Counted from the stretch's first letter, positions 11,267-22,008 are shown. The stretch is 64,000 nucleotides of DNA from an uncultured Alphaproteobacteria bacterium (GCA_963824465.1 CAWGPL010000008.1:1820-65819); one strand, 5' to 3'. The notes: a model not told the origin generated them from the sequence alone. Translations and numbers: made by a program.

Positions 11267-12804
11267 GCGTGTTCCTCCTCGTTGGCTTCGGCGGTCGCAA
11301 GCACTTCATGTTCGTCGGCGCCGCCGGGAAATTCGGCGACCGTGCGGCCGCCGCGCAGCACAACGATCCGGTCGCACAAGCCCAGCAGCTCCGGCATTTC
11401 GCTCGATGCGACGAGGACGCCCATGCCCTTGGCCGCGAGTTCGCGGATGCGCGCGTAGATCTCCCCCTTGGCGCCGACGTCGACCCCGCGCGTCGGCTCG
11501 TCGAGCAACAGGAGGCGTGGACCGCCCAGCACCTCCTTGGCGATGACGACCTTCTGCTGGTTGCCGCCGGAAAGCGCGCCGACGACAATCTCGGGCAGGG
11601 GCGGGCGCACGTCGAAGGCGCGGATCGCCTCCTTCGCGAGCGATGTCTCGCGCGATCTTGACATGAGAAAGAAGGGCGAAACGCGTTCGAGCACCGTCAG
11701 CACGACGTTGCGCCCGACCGTGTCGCGCAGGAGAAGGCCACTGCCGCGCCGGTCGTCCGTCACGAGGCCAAGCCCTTCTCCGCGCGCGTTGCGGATCGAG
11801 CCGAGACGCGCGGGCGCGCCGTCGATCTCGACGACGCCCGACCACGTTCCCGCGCCCGCGGCGCCGTAGAGCGCCGTAAGCAGCTCGGTGCGTCCTGCCC
11901 CCATGATGCCAGCGAGACCGACGATTTCGCCCGCGCGCACTTCGAGCGTCACATCCTCGGCCGCCTGCCAGCCGGGCCGCTCGGTCCGGGGAGAAAAGCG
12001 CGCGCGCTCCAAACGCAGAACGGGCGCGCCGAACTGGGTCGCGCGGGGCGGATAGAGTTCGTCGAGCGGCCGCCCGACAAGAAGGCGCACAAGCTCCGAT
12101 TGCGGCGCGCTCGCTGGGGCGACGCCCGCAACCTGTCCGTCGCGCATGACCGTCACCCGGTTCGCGACGCGCGCGACTTCTTCGAGACGGTGGGAGATGT
12201 AGACGATGCCGACGCCGCGCGCCGCGATCTCGCGCATGACGACAAAGAGCCGTTCGACCTCGGATGCGGTCAACGCCGCCGTTGGCTCGTCCATGATGAG
12301 GATGTTCGAGGCGTAGGTCAGCGCCTTGGCGATGGCGACGATCTGGCGCCGCCCGACCGACAATTCGCCAACCGGCTGATCGACGTCGATGTCGGTTCCA
12401 ACCGCGCTCAGCCGCTTCACGGCCTCCGCTCGCATCGAAGCGCGGTCGAGCACGCCGGCTCGCGTCAGTTCGCGCCCGAGGAACAGATTGGCCGTCACAT
12501 CGAGGCCCGGCACGAGGTCGAGCTCTTGGAAGATCGTGGCCACTCCATGCGCCTGCGCGGCGCGCGGATCGGCGAAGCGGACGGGCTCGCCTTCCAGCAG
12601 CACCTCGCCCGCGTCCGGCGCGAAGACGCCGGAGAGGATATTCATCAGCGTCGACTTGCCCGCGCCGTTCTCGCCGAGCAGCGCATGGATTTCACCGCGC
12701 TTGAGGTCGAAATCGACTCCGCGCAGGGCCTGCGCGCCGCCGAAGCGTTTGACGACGCCACGCATCGCAAGAAGAGGCGTCGCATTTTCCGCGGTCGCAT
12801 TCAT
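11263..12804 (-). CDS. Sugar ABC transporter ATP-binding protein (RbsA type, two NBDs)
   Basis: [24 protein letters not shown]; second domain [24 protein letters not shown]; own ATG at 12804. Confidence 0.93.
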   Translation of the reverse strand: MNATAENATPLLAMRGVVKRFGGAQALRGVDFDLKRGEIHALLGENGAGKSTLMNILSGVFAPDAGEVLLEGEPVRFADPRAAQAHGVATIFQELDLVPGLDVTANLFLGRELTRAGVLDRASMRAEAVKRLSAVGTDIDVDQPVGELSVGRRQIVAIAKALTYASNILIMDEPTAALTASEVERLFVVMREIAARGVGIVYISHRLEEVARVANRVTVMRDGQVAGVAPASAPQSELVRLLVGRPLDELYPPRATQFGAPVLRLERARFSPRTERPGWQAAEDVTLEVRAGEIVGLAGIMGAGRTELLTALYGAAGAGTWSGVVEIDGAPARLGSIRNARGEGLGLVTDDRRGSGLLLRDTVGRNVVLTVLERVSPFFLMSRSRETSLAKEAIRAFDVRPPLPEIVVGALSGGNQQKVVIAKEVLGGPRLLLLDEPTRGVDVGAKGEIYARIRELAAKGMGVLVASSEMPELLGLCDRIVVLRGGRTVAEFPGGADEHEVLATAEANEEEHA

Positions 12805-13803
12805 TGCGGCCTCGCGCAGGAATTCGCGAACGATGAGCCGGGTCGTCAGCCGGATCGTCCGCGGCGGGTCGTCCGGCGCCGCGATTCGTTCGATGAGTTG
12901 CGAGGCGGCGAGACGGCCGATGTCTTCGCAGGGTTGCGCCACGAGCGTGAGGCGCGGCTCGAAACAATCGGCCCACTCGAAATCGTCGAAGCCGACGATC
13001 GAGATGTCCCTCGGCACCCGCAACCCCCGCATGCGGAACGCCCGCATGGCGCCAATCGTCGCGAGATTGTTGCCCGTGACGATCGCGGTGGGCGGATCGG
13101 GGACTCCAAGCAGAGCCTCGACGGCGGCGATCGCGGAGGCGGTCGTGCAGGTTCCCGTCACGACGAGGCGAGGATCGACAGGAAGACCCAACCGCGCGAG
13201 GCTGTGGCGATAGCCGGCGACGCGTTCCCGCGTGGTCTCAAAGCCCGCCGCCCCTCCAACATAGCCGATGCGGCGATGCCCGAAGCTCAGAACATAATCG
13301 ACCAGTTCCGTCATGGCCTCGCGGTTGTTGACGCCGACCTGATCGAAGCTCGGATCGAGCATGCGGTCGACGAGCACGCTGGGGACGCCGGCCTCACGGA
13401 GAAAGTCCAGGCCCGGCCGGGAGGCCTCGCTGCTCGGGGCGAGGATCACGCCGTCCACACGGCGCTGATGAAAGGCCGTCAGCACCGCAAGTTCGCGGTC
13501 CGGGTCGTCCTGCGTGTCCGAGAGGAAGACCATCATGCCGAGCTTGGCGCATTCGGCCTCGATCGCGCAGATGATGTCGCTGAAATAGGCATTGGCGACG
13601 GTCGAGACCGCAATGCCGACCGTCCGGCTCGAGGCGGTCTTCAAGGAGCGCGCGAGAACATTGGGGCGGTATCCAAACGCGTCGATGACCGTCTGCACGG
13701 CGAGCGCCGTTTGCGGCGCGACCCGGCGCGTCCTGTTCACGACGTGGGATACGGTCGAAACCGATACGCCCGCCGCGCGCGCCACATCCGCGATCGTGGC
13801 CAA
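12801..13803 (-). CDS. LacI-family transcriptional regulator
   Basis: MATIADVARAAGVSVSTVSHVVN HTH, YRPNVLARSLK hinge, VPRDISIVGFDD; removing one base at ~12822 restores the C-terminus IVRESCARPQ-stop overlapping the next ATG. Confidence 0.93.
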
Positions 13804-13866
13804 GTCTCCTCCCCAGAGAGCGTCGATGACAAGGTTCCCCCTTGCTCGCGCAGCGTAACGCTATCA

Positions 13867-13896
13867 CATCGAAACGTTTGCGCAATCGTTTCGATG
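13867..13896. promoter_or_regulatory. Probable LacI-family operator (30-bp palindrome)
   Basis: CATCGAAACGTTTGCGCAATCGTTTCGATG: 14 of 15 symmetric pairs match; contains two AA.CG.TT LacI-type cores; ~65 bp upstream of the LacI gene. Confidence 0.75.
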
Positions 13897-13981
13897 ACCG
13901 TTTTCGTTCGTTCGACCGGGGAGGTTGATCCGGGCGCGGTTCGCTGAGAAGTTGCCGCCAGGGGCTGCAACGGAATTCAGA

Positions 13982-15809
13982 ATGAGCGAACTTGCGAGGG
14001 GCAATCGTCTCGACCGACCGGTGGACAGTTCCATCGACCACATCCTCGGGCCGAATCAATGCCCAGATTACGCTTGTTGAATATGGCAGCTACGCCTGCC
14101 CCTATTGCCGGGCGGCCAATGAGCGGATTGTCGAAATCCGCAGCCAGTTTGGCGAGGGTCTTCGCTACGTGTTTCGCCACCGGCCTCTCGTCGATGTCGA
14201 ACTCGCCCGGCGCGCGGCCGAACTGGTTGAACTGGCGGACACGCCCAAAAGCTTCTGGGCGGCGCATATCAAGCTTATGACCCGTTCGGAGACGCTGACC
14301 GAGGAAGACCTCGTCGTCGTTGCGCGAGATCTCGGCGTCGCCGAACCGGAGCAGGCGACCGACGGTCCGGCGATCGAGCGGGCAAGAGCGCGCGTCGACG
14401 CGGACGAGGCGAGCGCCTGGGCCAGCGGGGCGCTGATCACGCCAACCTTCTTCATCAACAGCCGGCGCTACGACGGCCCCTGGGACGAGAGCGCCTTCTC
14501 CGATGCGATCATCGGCACGCTCGGCAATCGGGTTCGCGCCGCCGCGCTCGATTTCGCCAATTGGGGTCCTTCGGCCGGCGTGCTGCTGCTCATCGCGACG
14601 CTCGCCGCCATCGGGCTCGAGAATTCGCCGCTCGGGCCCGGCGTTTCCGCCTTCTGGGAGCAGAAGCTCGGCGTGTCATTCGGCGGTCTCGATTTCGGGA
14701 TGTCGCTTCTCCACTGGATCAACGACGGGCTCCTGACCCTGTTCTTCCTGGTCGTCGGACTCGAGATCAAGCGGGAATTCACGGTCGGCCACCTGACCGG
14801 CTGGCGTTCCGCCGCGTTGCCGATCGCGGGCGCGCTCGGAGGCATGATCGTCCCCGCGCTGGTCTATCTCGCGATCCTGCCCCATGGACCCTGGACGAAC
14901 GGCTGGGGCACGGTCATGTCGACCGACACGGCGTTCGCCGTCGCCCTCATCGTGATGCTCGGCGACCGGGTTCCGGTGTCCTTGCGGATCTTTCTGACCG
15001 CCGCGGCGATCGTCGACGATCTCGGCGCCATCGTCGCGGTTGCGGCCTTCTATTCGAGCGCCATTCGGCTCGAGATGATCGCGCTCATCGTCCCGCTTGT
15101 CGGCCTGCTGGCGCTCCTGCGGCGATGGCATGTCTACACGCTGTTTCCCTATGTGCTCGTCGGGATCGCGCTTTGGGTCTGCGTGCTGGCGAGCGGGCTG
15201 CATGCGACGCTGGCGGGGGTGATCCTGGCGCTGTTCATCCCGACCCGCCCGCCCGCCGACCTGAAGGCGCTGATGGCCCAGGCGAACGCGATCCTTGGCG
15301 CGGAGGCCTTGCGGCAGGGCGAGGTGTTGCGCGACGGTCCGTCCACGCCCTCGTTGCGCGCGCTCGACGCAATTCACGACCGCATCGAATCGCCCGCCGA
15401 CAGGCTTCTGCGCAACGCCGGCGCCCGGTCGAGCTATTTGGTGCTGCCGCTGTTTGCGCTCGCCAACGCCGGGGTCGCGCTGAACGCGAGCGCTTTCGAG
15501 GGCCGGTGGCGGCTCGTCGCGGCGATCGTCGCGGGCCTTACGCTCGGCAAGCCGCTCGGCCTTGTCGGCGCCTCGGCGCTCGCGGTGGCCGCGAAGGCGG
15601 CGATCAAGCCCGACGACTACACGTGGACCCAACTGATCGGCGCGGGCGCGCTCGCCGGCATCGGCTTCACCATGTCGCTCTTCATCGCGGGGCAGGCCTT
15701 TCCGGCGGGCGGCGACATGGAAGCGGCGAAGATCGCGATTTTCGCCGCTTCCGCACTGTCCGCTCTCATCGGTGTAGCGGTGCTGATGATCGACGGCCGC
15801 AGCGAATAG
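13982..15809 (+). CDS. nhaA: Na+/H+ antiporter NhaA with N-terminal DsbA/thioredoxin-fold domain; apparent frameshift near 14053
   Basis: RLDRPVD..DHILG / ITLVEYGSYACPYC, FRHRP, TPTFFIN (DsbA-like); WINDGLLTLFFLVVGLEIKRE, AIVDDLGAI, SGLHATLAG, FALANAGV, GIGFTMSLFI (NhaA). Confidence 0.92.
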
Positions 15810-15893
15810 GCCCGACGCGCAATCGCAATGCGCGAAGATCTTCCATCGGCGCAAGACGATAGCGGTTCCGGCGCCCCGGAATCGGCCAAGGGA

Positions 15894-15910
15894 TTTGGAA
15901 TTGTTCTAAT
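15894..15910. promoter_or_regulatory. Iron control element (ICE, Irr-binding site)
   Basis: TTTGGAA-TTG-TTCTAAT versus the rhizobial consensus TTTAGAA-N3-TTCTAAA; directly upstream of the efe iron uptake operon, with TTGACA at 15942. Confidence 0.75.
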
Positions 15911-16085
15911 TATAGGTTGAGGCTGCTTCGTCGCCTGAAGATTGACAGGGTATTTGGATTCCTACACGCAAGTCACGGATGTCGACAAGGGGCCGGGGTT
16001 CTTTCCCGCGAGCGCCGCGAAAGCTTCGCGCGTTCCTTCCCGAGCCCGACATGCGTGTGGTGGTTACGGTCTTTCGTTAGGTTCG

Positions 16086-16940
16086 ATGCTGGCTCCTTTT
16101 CTCATCATGTTGCGCGAGGGCATAGAAGCCGCCCTGATCACCGGCATTGTCGCGAGCTACCTGCATCGCACCGGGCGGGCGCAGTGGATGCCGGCGGTCT
16201 GGCTCGGCGTGTTCCTCGCGGTTGCGCTCGCGCTTTTCGTCGGCGCCGGACTGGAGCTCGCCAGCGCGGAATTCCCGCAGAAGGCGCAAGAATTGTTCGA
16301 GGCCGTCGTCGGACTGCTCGCCGTCGGCGTCCTGGTCTCGATGGTGTTCTGGATGCGCAAGGCCGCGCGCTCGATCAAGGGCGAGCTCGAACATTCGATC
16401 GAGGAGGCTCTCGCTTCGCCCGGAGCGAGCGGCTGGGCGCTGATCGGCATGGTGTTCTTCGCGGTGGCGCGCGAAGCGCTCGAATCCGTATTCTTCCTGC
16501 TGGCGGTCTTTCAGCAGAGCACGGGTCCGGCCGCTCCGATCGGCGCGCTTCTCGGCGTCGTCGCCGCGACCGCGGTCGGTTACGCGATTTTCGTCGGCGG
16601 CGTGCGGATCAACTTGCGGCTTTTCTTTCGCTGGACCGGGGTGTTCATTCTCGTCGTGGCGGCGGGCATTCTCTCGGCCTCGATCCGCAGCCTGCACGAG
16701 GCGGGTCTCTGGAATGCCCTTCAGGAGACGCCCTTCGACTTCAGTGGCGTCGTCTCCCCGTCGAGCCTCACCGGGACGATCCTGACCGGCATGCTCAACT
16801 ATCAGGCGACGCCAACGGTCGGGGAGATGATCGCCTGGTTCGGCTTCCTCGCCGTAACGCTCTATCTCTTCCTCAGACCCGTGTCGGCGCCGCGTGCGAC
16901 CGCTCGCTCGACGCCGACGCCTCGCAATGTCCGCGCCTGA
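16086..16940 (+). CDS. efeU: Ferrous iron permease EfeU (FTR1 family)
   Basis: Two RExxE motifs (LREGIEA, AREALES), FPQKAQELFE, LHEAGLWN. Confidence 0.95.
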   Translation: MLAPFLIMLREGIEAALITGIVASYLHRTGRAQWMPAVWLGVFLAVALALFVGAGLELASAEFPQKAQELFEAVVGLLAVGVLVSMVFWMRKAARSIKGELEHSIEEALASPGASGWALIGMVFFAVAREALESVFFLLAVFQQSTGPAAPIGALLGVVAATAVGYAIFVGGVRINLRLFFRWTGVFILVVAAGILSASIRSLHEAGLWNALQETPFDFSGVVSPSSLTGTILTGMLNYQATPTVGEMIAWFGFLAVTLYLFLRPVSAPRATARSTPTPRNVRA

Positions 16941-18117
16941 GGCGGCGGCCAAAGCCGGGCGACCGCCGCGCCTAATTGGCCTCTATGTCGCGGGCGCGGC
17001 CGTGCTCGCGCTTGCCGGCGCCGCCGCCTTCTATCTCGCTTCGCAGAAAGCGCGCGCGCCTATGCCGGCGGCCGTTCAGATTACGATCGCCGCGCACGCG
17101 TGCAAGCCCGATAGCCTAACCGTGCCAGCCGGTCTGCGGACGTTCGAGATTCTCAACCAGTCCGACCGGGCGGTCGAATGGGAGATCCTGAACGGTGTCT
17201 ACGTCGTGGCCGAGCGCGAGAACATTGCCCCCGGCATTCGCCAGACCGTGACGGCGGACCTCCAGCCCGGCGCATATCAGATGACCTGCGGTCTTCTGAA
17301 CAATCCGCGCGGCGCGCTTCATGTCACGCCCTCGCAGGAGTCGGCGATTGCGTCTGCGTCGGCGCCAACGATGCGCGCCTTCCTCGGTCCGCTCGCCGAA
17401 TACCAGTTCTACGTCGGGCGCGAGAGCAACAGGTTCGTTGGGCGGGCGCAGGCGCTGGCCGAGGCGGTTCGGCTCGGCGAAGCGGGGTCCGCCCGCGCCG
17501 CGTGGCTTGCGGCTCGCGAGCCTTACGAAAAGCTTGCGACCGTCGCCTATCGCTTCTCGGATCTGGTCAACCGCATCAATCCATCCGCGGCTTATCTCGC
17601 CAAGCGCGAAAACGATCCCGCTTTCACCGGCTTTCAGCGGCTGGCTTATGGGCTCTTCAAAGAGAACAGCGTCGCGGGCCTCGCGCCGATCGCCGATCAA
17701 CTCGCTGCCGACGCCGCCGACCTCAAGGCGCGGCTGAGAACTCTGAAGCTTGCGCCCGCCGATCTCGCGAACGGCGCGCAGCAACTCGCCGGGCAACTCG
17801 CTTCGAGTCGCATCGCCACGGGCGAGGACGCCTATTCCAATACTGACCTCGACGACATCGCCGCCAATCTCGAAAGCATCGGTAAGATCGTCGCGCTGCT
17901 AACCCCCGTCATTCAGAAGGCCGCCCCGGACGCCGCCGCCGCAGCCGACAAGGCCCTCGCTGAGGCGCGCTCGACGCTCGAACGCCTGAAGAAAGGCGAC
18001 GTCTATCCCGCTTACGAGACCGTCGACGCCTCGACGCGAACAACCCTCGCGAAGGCCTTCGCCGCGCTCGCGCAAGCCATCGAGAAGCTCGAGCCGGCGA
18101 TGGATGTTCGTAGCTGA
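16927..18117 (+). CDS. efeO: EfeO-like protein (N-terminal TM anchor, cupredoxin domain, imelysin/M75-like domain)
   Basis: EWEILNGVYVVAERENIAPG, YQMTCGLLNNPRG, DPAFTGF, GEDAYSNTDL. Confidence 0.9.
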   Translation: MSAPEAAAKAGRPPRLIGLYVAGAAVLALAGAAAFYLASQKARAPMPAAVQITIAAHACKPDSLTVPAGLRTFEILNQSDRAVEWEILNGVYVVAERENIAPGIRQTVTADLQPGAYQMTCGLLNNPRGALHVTPSQESAIASASAPTMRAFLGPLAEYQFYVGRESNRFVGRAQALAEAVRLGEAGSARAAWLAAREPYEKLATVAYRFSDLVNRINPSAAYLAKRENDPAFTGFQRLAYGLFKENSVAGLAPIADQLAADAADLKARLRTLKLAPADLANGAQQLAGQLASSRIATGEDAYSNTDLDDIAANLESIGKIVALLTPVIQKAAPDAAAAADKALAEARSTLERLKKGDVYPAYETVDASTRTTLAKAFAALAQAIEKLEPAMDVRS

Positions 18118-18122
18118 AGACC

Positions 18123-19424
18123 ATGAGTAAAGAGATGCGCATTCCGACCTGTCCGTTCGCAACCAGCCGGCGCGGCTTCCTCGTAGGCGCCGGCGTGATG
18201 GCGACGGCCACGGGCGCTCTGGCGCAGGCCGCGCCCGCCCGTGCGGACGAGCCGCTCGTTGCGGACGCGCCGCTCTCGCACGAGAATGCCAAGGGCCGCG
18301 TTCCCTTCTATGGGATGCATCAGGCCGGGATCGTCACGCCCCGCCCCGCATCCGGAATGGTCGCCGCCTTCGATGTCGTGGTGAGCAGGCCGGAAGACCT
18401 CAAGCAACTCTTCCGGAAGCTTACCGAGCGCATCGCTTTTCTTACCCAGGGGGGGCCTGTCCCCGCCCGCGACCCGAAACTGCCGCCGCTCAATTCCGGT
18501 ATCCTCGGGCCAGTCATCGCGCCTGATGACCTGACGATCACGGCATCGGTCGGTCCCTCTCTGTTCGAGGACCGCCCGTGGTTGAAGCCGCTGAAGCCGC
18601 GGCGCCTGCAGCGAATGGTCGAGTTCCCCAACGACGCGCTGGTCGTTCAGAACTGCCACGGCGACATCGCGCTGCAGATCTGCGCCAATTCGCAAGCGAC
18701 CAACATTCACGCGCTCCGCGACATCATCAAGAACACTTCCGACCTCATGGTCCTGCGCTGGCGGCAGGAAGGCAGCGTGCCGATGACGGCGCCGTTGCCG
18801 GACGGGCGGACCGCGAGCGCGCGCAACTTCATGGGCTTCCACGACGGGTCCGCCAATCCCGATTCCAACAACGCCGCGCTGATGGACCGCATGTTGTGGG
18901 TGGGCGAAGCGAGCGACGAGCCGACCTGGGCGCGTCATGGAGCCTATCAGGCGGTCCGCGTCATCCGGATGTTCGTCGAGCAATGGGATCGAACGCCGCT
19001 TCACGAGCAGCAGACGATCATCGGCCGCGAGAAGACGAGCGGCGCGCCGCTCGGCCTGACGAGCGGCATGGAGCATGACACGCCCGACTATGCGTCCGAT
19101 CCCAAGGGACTTGCGACGCCGCTCAATGCGCACATCCGGCTCGCCAATCCCCGCACGCCCGAGACGGAAGCCAATCTCATCCTGCGCCGCCCGTTCAACT
19201 TTTCGAACGGGGTGAGCAAGTCCGGTCAACTCGAGGACGGCCTTCTCTTCATCGCCTATCAGGCTGATCTCGAAAAGGGCTTCATCACCGTTCAGAACCG
19301 GCTGAACGGCGAGCCGCTCGAAGAATACATCAAGCCTTTCGGCGGCGGCTATTTCTTCGTTCTTCCAGGTGTGCGCGACGAGCGAGACTACCTAGGCCGC
19401 GCGCTGGTCGAAGCGCTTGCGTGA
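18123..19424 (+). CDS. efeB: Tat-exported DyP-type haem peroxidase EfeB
   Basis: SRRGFL Tat signal, HQAGIVTP, GFHDGSANP, HIRLANPR, ILRRPFN, LNGEPLEEYIKP. Confidence 0.95.
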   Translation: MSKEMRIPTCPFATSRRGFLVGAGVMATATGALAQAAPARADEPLVADAPLSHENAKGRVPFYGMHQAGIVTPRPASGMVAAFDVVVSRPEDLKQLFRKLTERIAFLTQGGPVPARDPKLPPLNSGILGPVIAPDDLTITASVGPSLFEDRPWLKPLKPRRLQRMVEFPNDALVVQNCHGDIALQICANSQATNIHALRDIIKNTSDLMVLRWRQEGSVPMTAPLPDGRTASARNFMGFHDGSANPDSNNAALMDRMLWVGEASDEPTWARHGAYQAVRVIRMFVEQWDRTPLHEQQTIIGREKTSGAPLGLTSGMEHDTPDYASDPKGLATPLNAHIRLANPRTPETEANLILRRPFNFSNGVSKSGQLEDGLLFIAYQADLEKGFITVQNRLNGEPLEEYIKPFGGGYFFVLPGVRDERDYLGRALVEALA

Positions 19425-19467
19425 GGTCCATCGGGGCCCGCATTTTCCCAAGAAGAGGACGAATCAG

Positions 19468-20294
19468 ATGACGATCGGAAACAGGCTCAGGGCCTCGCTC
19501 CTTGCCGCCGTGCTGACGCTGCCGGCAGCTGCCTGGGCCGCGAAGGAGGAAGCGCTCGATCTCGTCCAACCGATCGCCGACTATAAACTCTACGTCGCGG
19601 AAAAAACCGACAAGCTTGTCGCGGACACGACCCAATTCGTGGCCGCGATCAAGGCCGGCGACATCGCCAAGGCCAAGGCGCTCTATGCGCCAACCCGCAT
19701 GAACTACGAGGCGGTTGAGCCGGTGGCCGAGCTTTTCAACGATATCGATGGCGCGGTCGATTCGCGCGCCGACGATCATGAGAAAAAGAGCAGGACCCTG
19801 GCTTCACTGGCTTCCACCGGATCGAATACGGACTGTGGGCGAAGAACTCGACCGACGGCCTCGCGCCGATCGCCGACAAGCTGCTCGCCGACGTGAAGGA
19901 TCTGGATGGCCGCGTCGCCAAGCTGACTTTCCCGCCGGACAAGGTCGTCGGCGGCGCGGCGGGCCTGATGGAAGAGGTCGCGGCGACGAAGATCTCCGGC
20001 GAGGAGGATCGTTACAGCCACACCGATCTCTGGGATTTCAAGGCGAATTTCGACGGTTCGCAGGAAATCTTCGATCTCGTGAAGCCGCTCCTCGACAAGA
20101 AAGACCCTGAGTTCGTAAAATCGGTTTCCGAGAACTTCAAGGTCGTCGACGACACGCTCGCCAAGTACAAGACCGCAGACGGCTATGAGCTCTACGACAA
20201 GTTGTCCCAACCCGACCGGACGGTCCTCGCGGCCAAAGTGAACACGCTGGCCGAGCAGCTTTCGACGCTGCGGGGCAAACTTGGCCTGAACTGA
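19468..20294 (+). CDS. EfeM/EfeO-family periplasmic iron-binding protein (M75 domain only); apparent frameshift in the A-run near 19785
   Basis: Signal peptide; YEAVEPVAELF, TGFHRIEY (after reframing), SGEEDRYSHTDLWDFKANFDG. Confidence 0.88.
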
Positions 20295-20343
20295 AGCGCC
20301 TTCCAGGCAGCCGCCGGATATGGTCCGGCGGCTTTGCGCTTGC

Positions 20344-21145
20344 TCAGGGCGCGACGCCGCGGCAAGCCCAGGCGACGTTCGCGAAGGATCTCGGTCCATC
20401 CGGTTGACCGGCCTCGTAGGCGTCACGGACGGCTGCCTCAACGCGGGCCGCGCTCGCCTGCCTCGAGCGTGGAGACGTATTTGCCAAGCGGCCCTTCGCC
20501 GGCGGCGATCGGCGCCCAGTAGTCGTCGAAGTTCTGGTAGTTCATTCGGATTAACAATTCGACTTCCGTGACGTCCAGAAGCCCCTGTTCGATAAAAGCC
20601 TGTTTCATTTCTCCCGGTTGCATCATCGGCTGAAAGCAATAGCGGGCGCGGAACTGTCGCCCGCTTTCGCTGAGGGCCGCCACCGTATCGACCGTCATGC
20701 GCATTCCCGGCATGCCCCCGAGATGGTCCCAGACAGCTGCCGCGACCACCCCTCCCTTGCGCACGACGCGACGCATTTCAGCGACAGCTTTGCCCGGCTC
20801 GGGCACGAAATGGAGGACCAGCATCGCAAATGAACGATCAAACGCGCCATCTTCGAACGGCAGGTCGCAGGCATCCCCCTGCCGGATGGTGACGCGTGGG
20901 TCGCTGTTGCGGCGGATCGCCTCCTCCACAAACACGGGTGCGTAATCGATCGCCACGATCTTCTTGAGCTCAGCCGCTTCGGCAAGGGCGAAAGTCAGGC
21001 TGCCGTTGCCACAGCCGACGTCAAGAATGGTTTCGTCTTCGGCAAGCCCCGCGAAGCCGATGAGCAACGGCGCCAACCTTTTGCTCCAGCGCCCCATCAG
21101 TTGCTCATATGCAGAGGCGTCATTGACGTTGAAGCTTGAACTCAT
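20344..21145 (-). CDS. Class I SAM-dependent methyltransferase; apparent frameshift near 20447
   Basis: YEQLMGRWS, ILDVGCGNG, QGDACDLPFEDGAFD, RRVVRKGGVVAAAVWD; reframing gives the C-terminus ...PDGPRSFANVAWACRGVAP. Confidence 0.88.
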
Positions 21146-22008
21146 CGCGGCCTTCCCCTTGTTGGCCTCAGGGTTCCCCGCTTACCACCGAGGCGTCGCC
21201 CCGGGAAACCGTTCGACTTGAGACCGCTCAACCCGGGGCGGCCCTGTCAGGACCACACGGCCCCCTCGCCGGAAAATCCGGCTTCCGAGGCGCTTGCATC
21301 CGAAGATCGACACCCTCAAGGCCCGCCCTAGCCCACCCCAGCAATGGCTGACCCGCTTCAACGACGCGACGACAAAGGCTTGCCGAGTTTCTACCCCGGT
21401 CGGCATCGCGCCTCAGAGCGTGCGTCGACCGGCTCACCCCGCCAATCTGGTCAAGGGCGTTATCGGAAAACCCAACCTTTCGGTGAGGCCGCTTGCGAAG
21501 ACGAACGACATCTTCACCGACTTGCCCTTTGGCAAACGAGGATCCAACCAGCTTCCGCAAAACGTTTAAGAAAAATATTTCCGATAAACCGAAAATGTGG
21601 TAGCGTCGGGAAATTGACGTCCGTGAAGCCCGGGGTCCGTCAACTCGGTTTTAATGAGCTCCTTCACTTCGTGCGGGCCATCTGGGCGCGCAGGCGACCG
21701 CCGGCGAAGGCGCGAGCGATGAAAGTTCAAAGTTGCATAACTGCCAAGGTCCCCAACTTCGCTCGCTTTCCGACTTGCCCCCCTTCTGGCGGGCTGCCCA
21801 AAGGAACATAGCGGAGCCGACCTGGGAACGGACCAGAATCGAAATGGGGCGCATCGCTGATCAGGCCCCGCGAACAGCCCGAAACGAAGCGGCGCCTGGG
21901 GAGTTGCAAACGGACAGTTTTTGGCGCCTAACCATCTGAAAAGACGCGATGGGCGCCAAACGTGACAGGGCTCTGGCCAAGCCAAGAACCTGGACCCGCG
22001 AGGACCTA

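Noticed and set aside
11263-13803. 846-aa LacI-ABC ATPase fusion in the ORF track
   Set aside because: One extra base at a GANTC-derived site (~12822). Removing it gives a normal LacI C-terminus (VRESC..stop) overlapping the ATPase ATG in an ATGA junction.
12100-13947. Long antisense or alternate-frame ORFs (also 46396-47877, 18012-19229, 9074-10258)
   Set aside because: Shadow ORFs of high-GC coding sequence with Arg/Ala/Gly-biased translation and no motifs.
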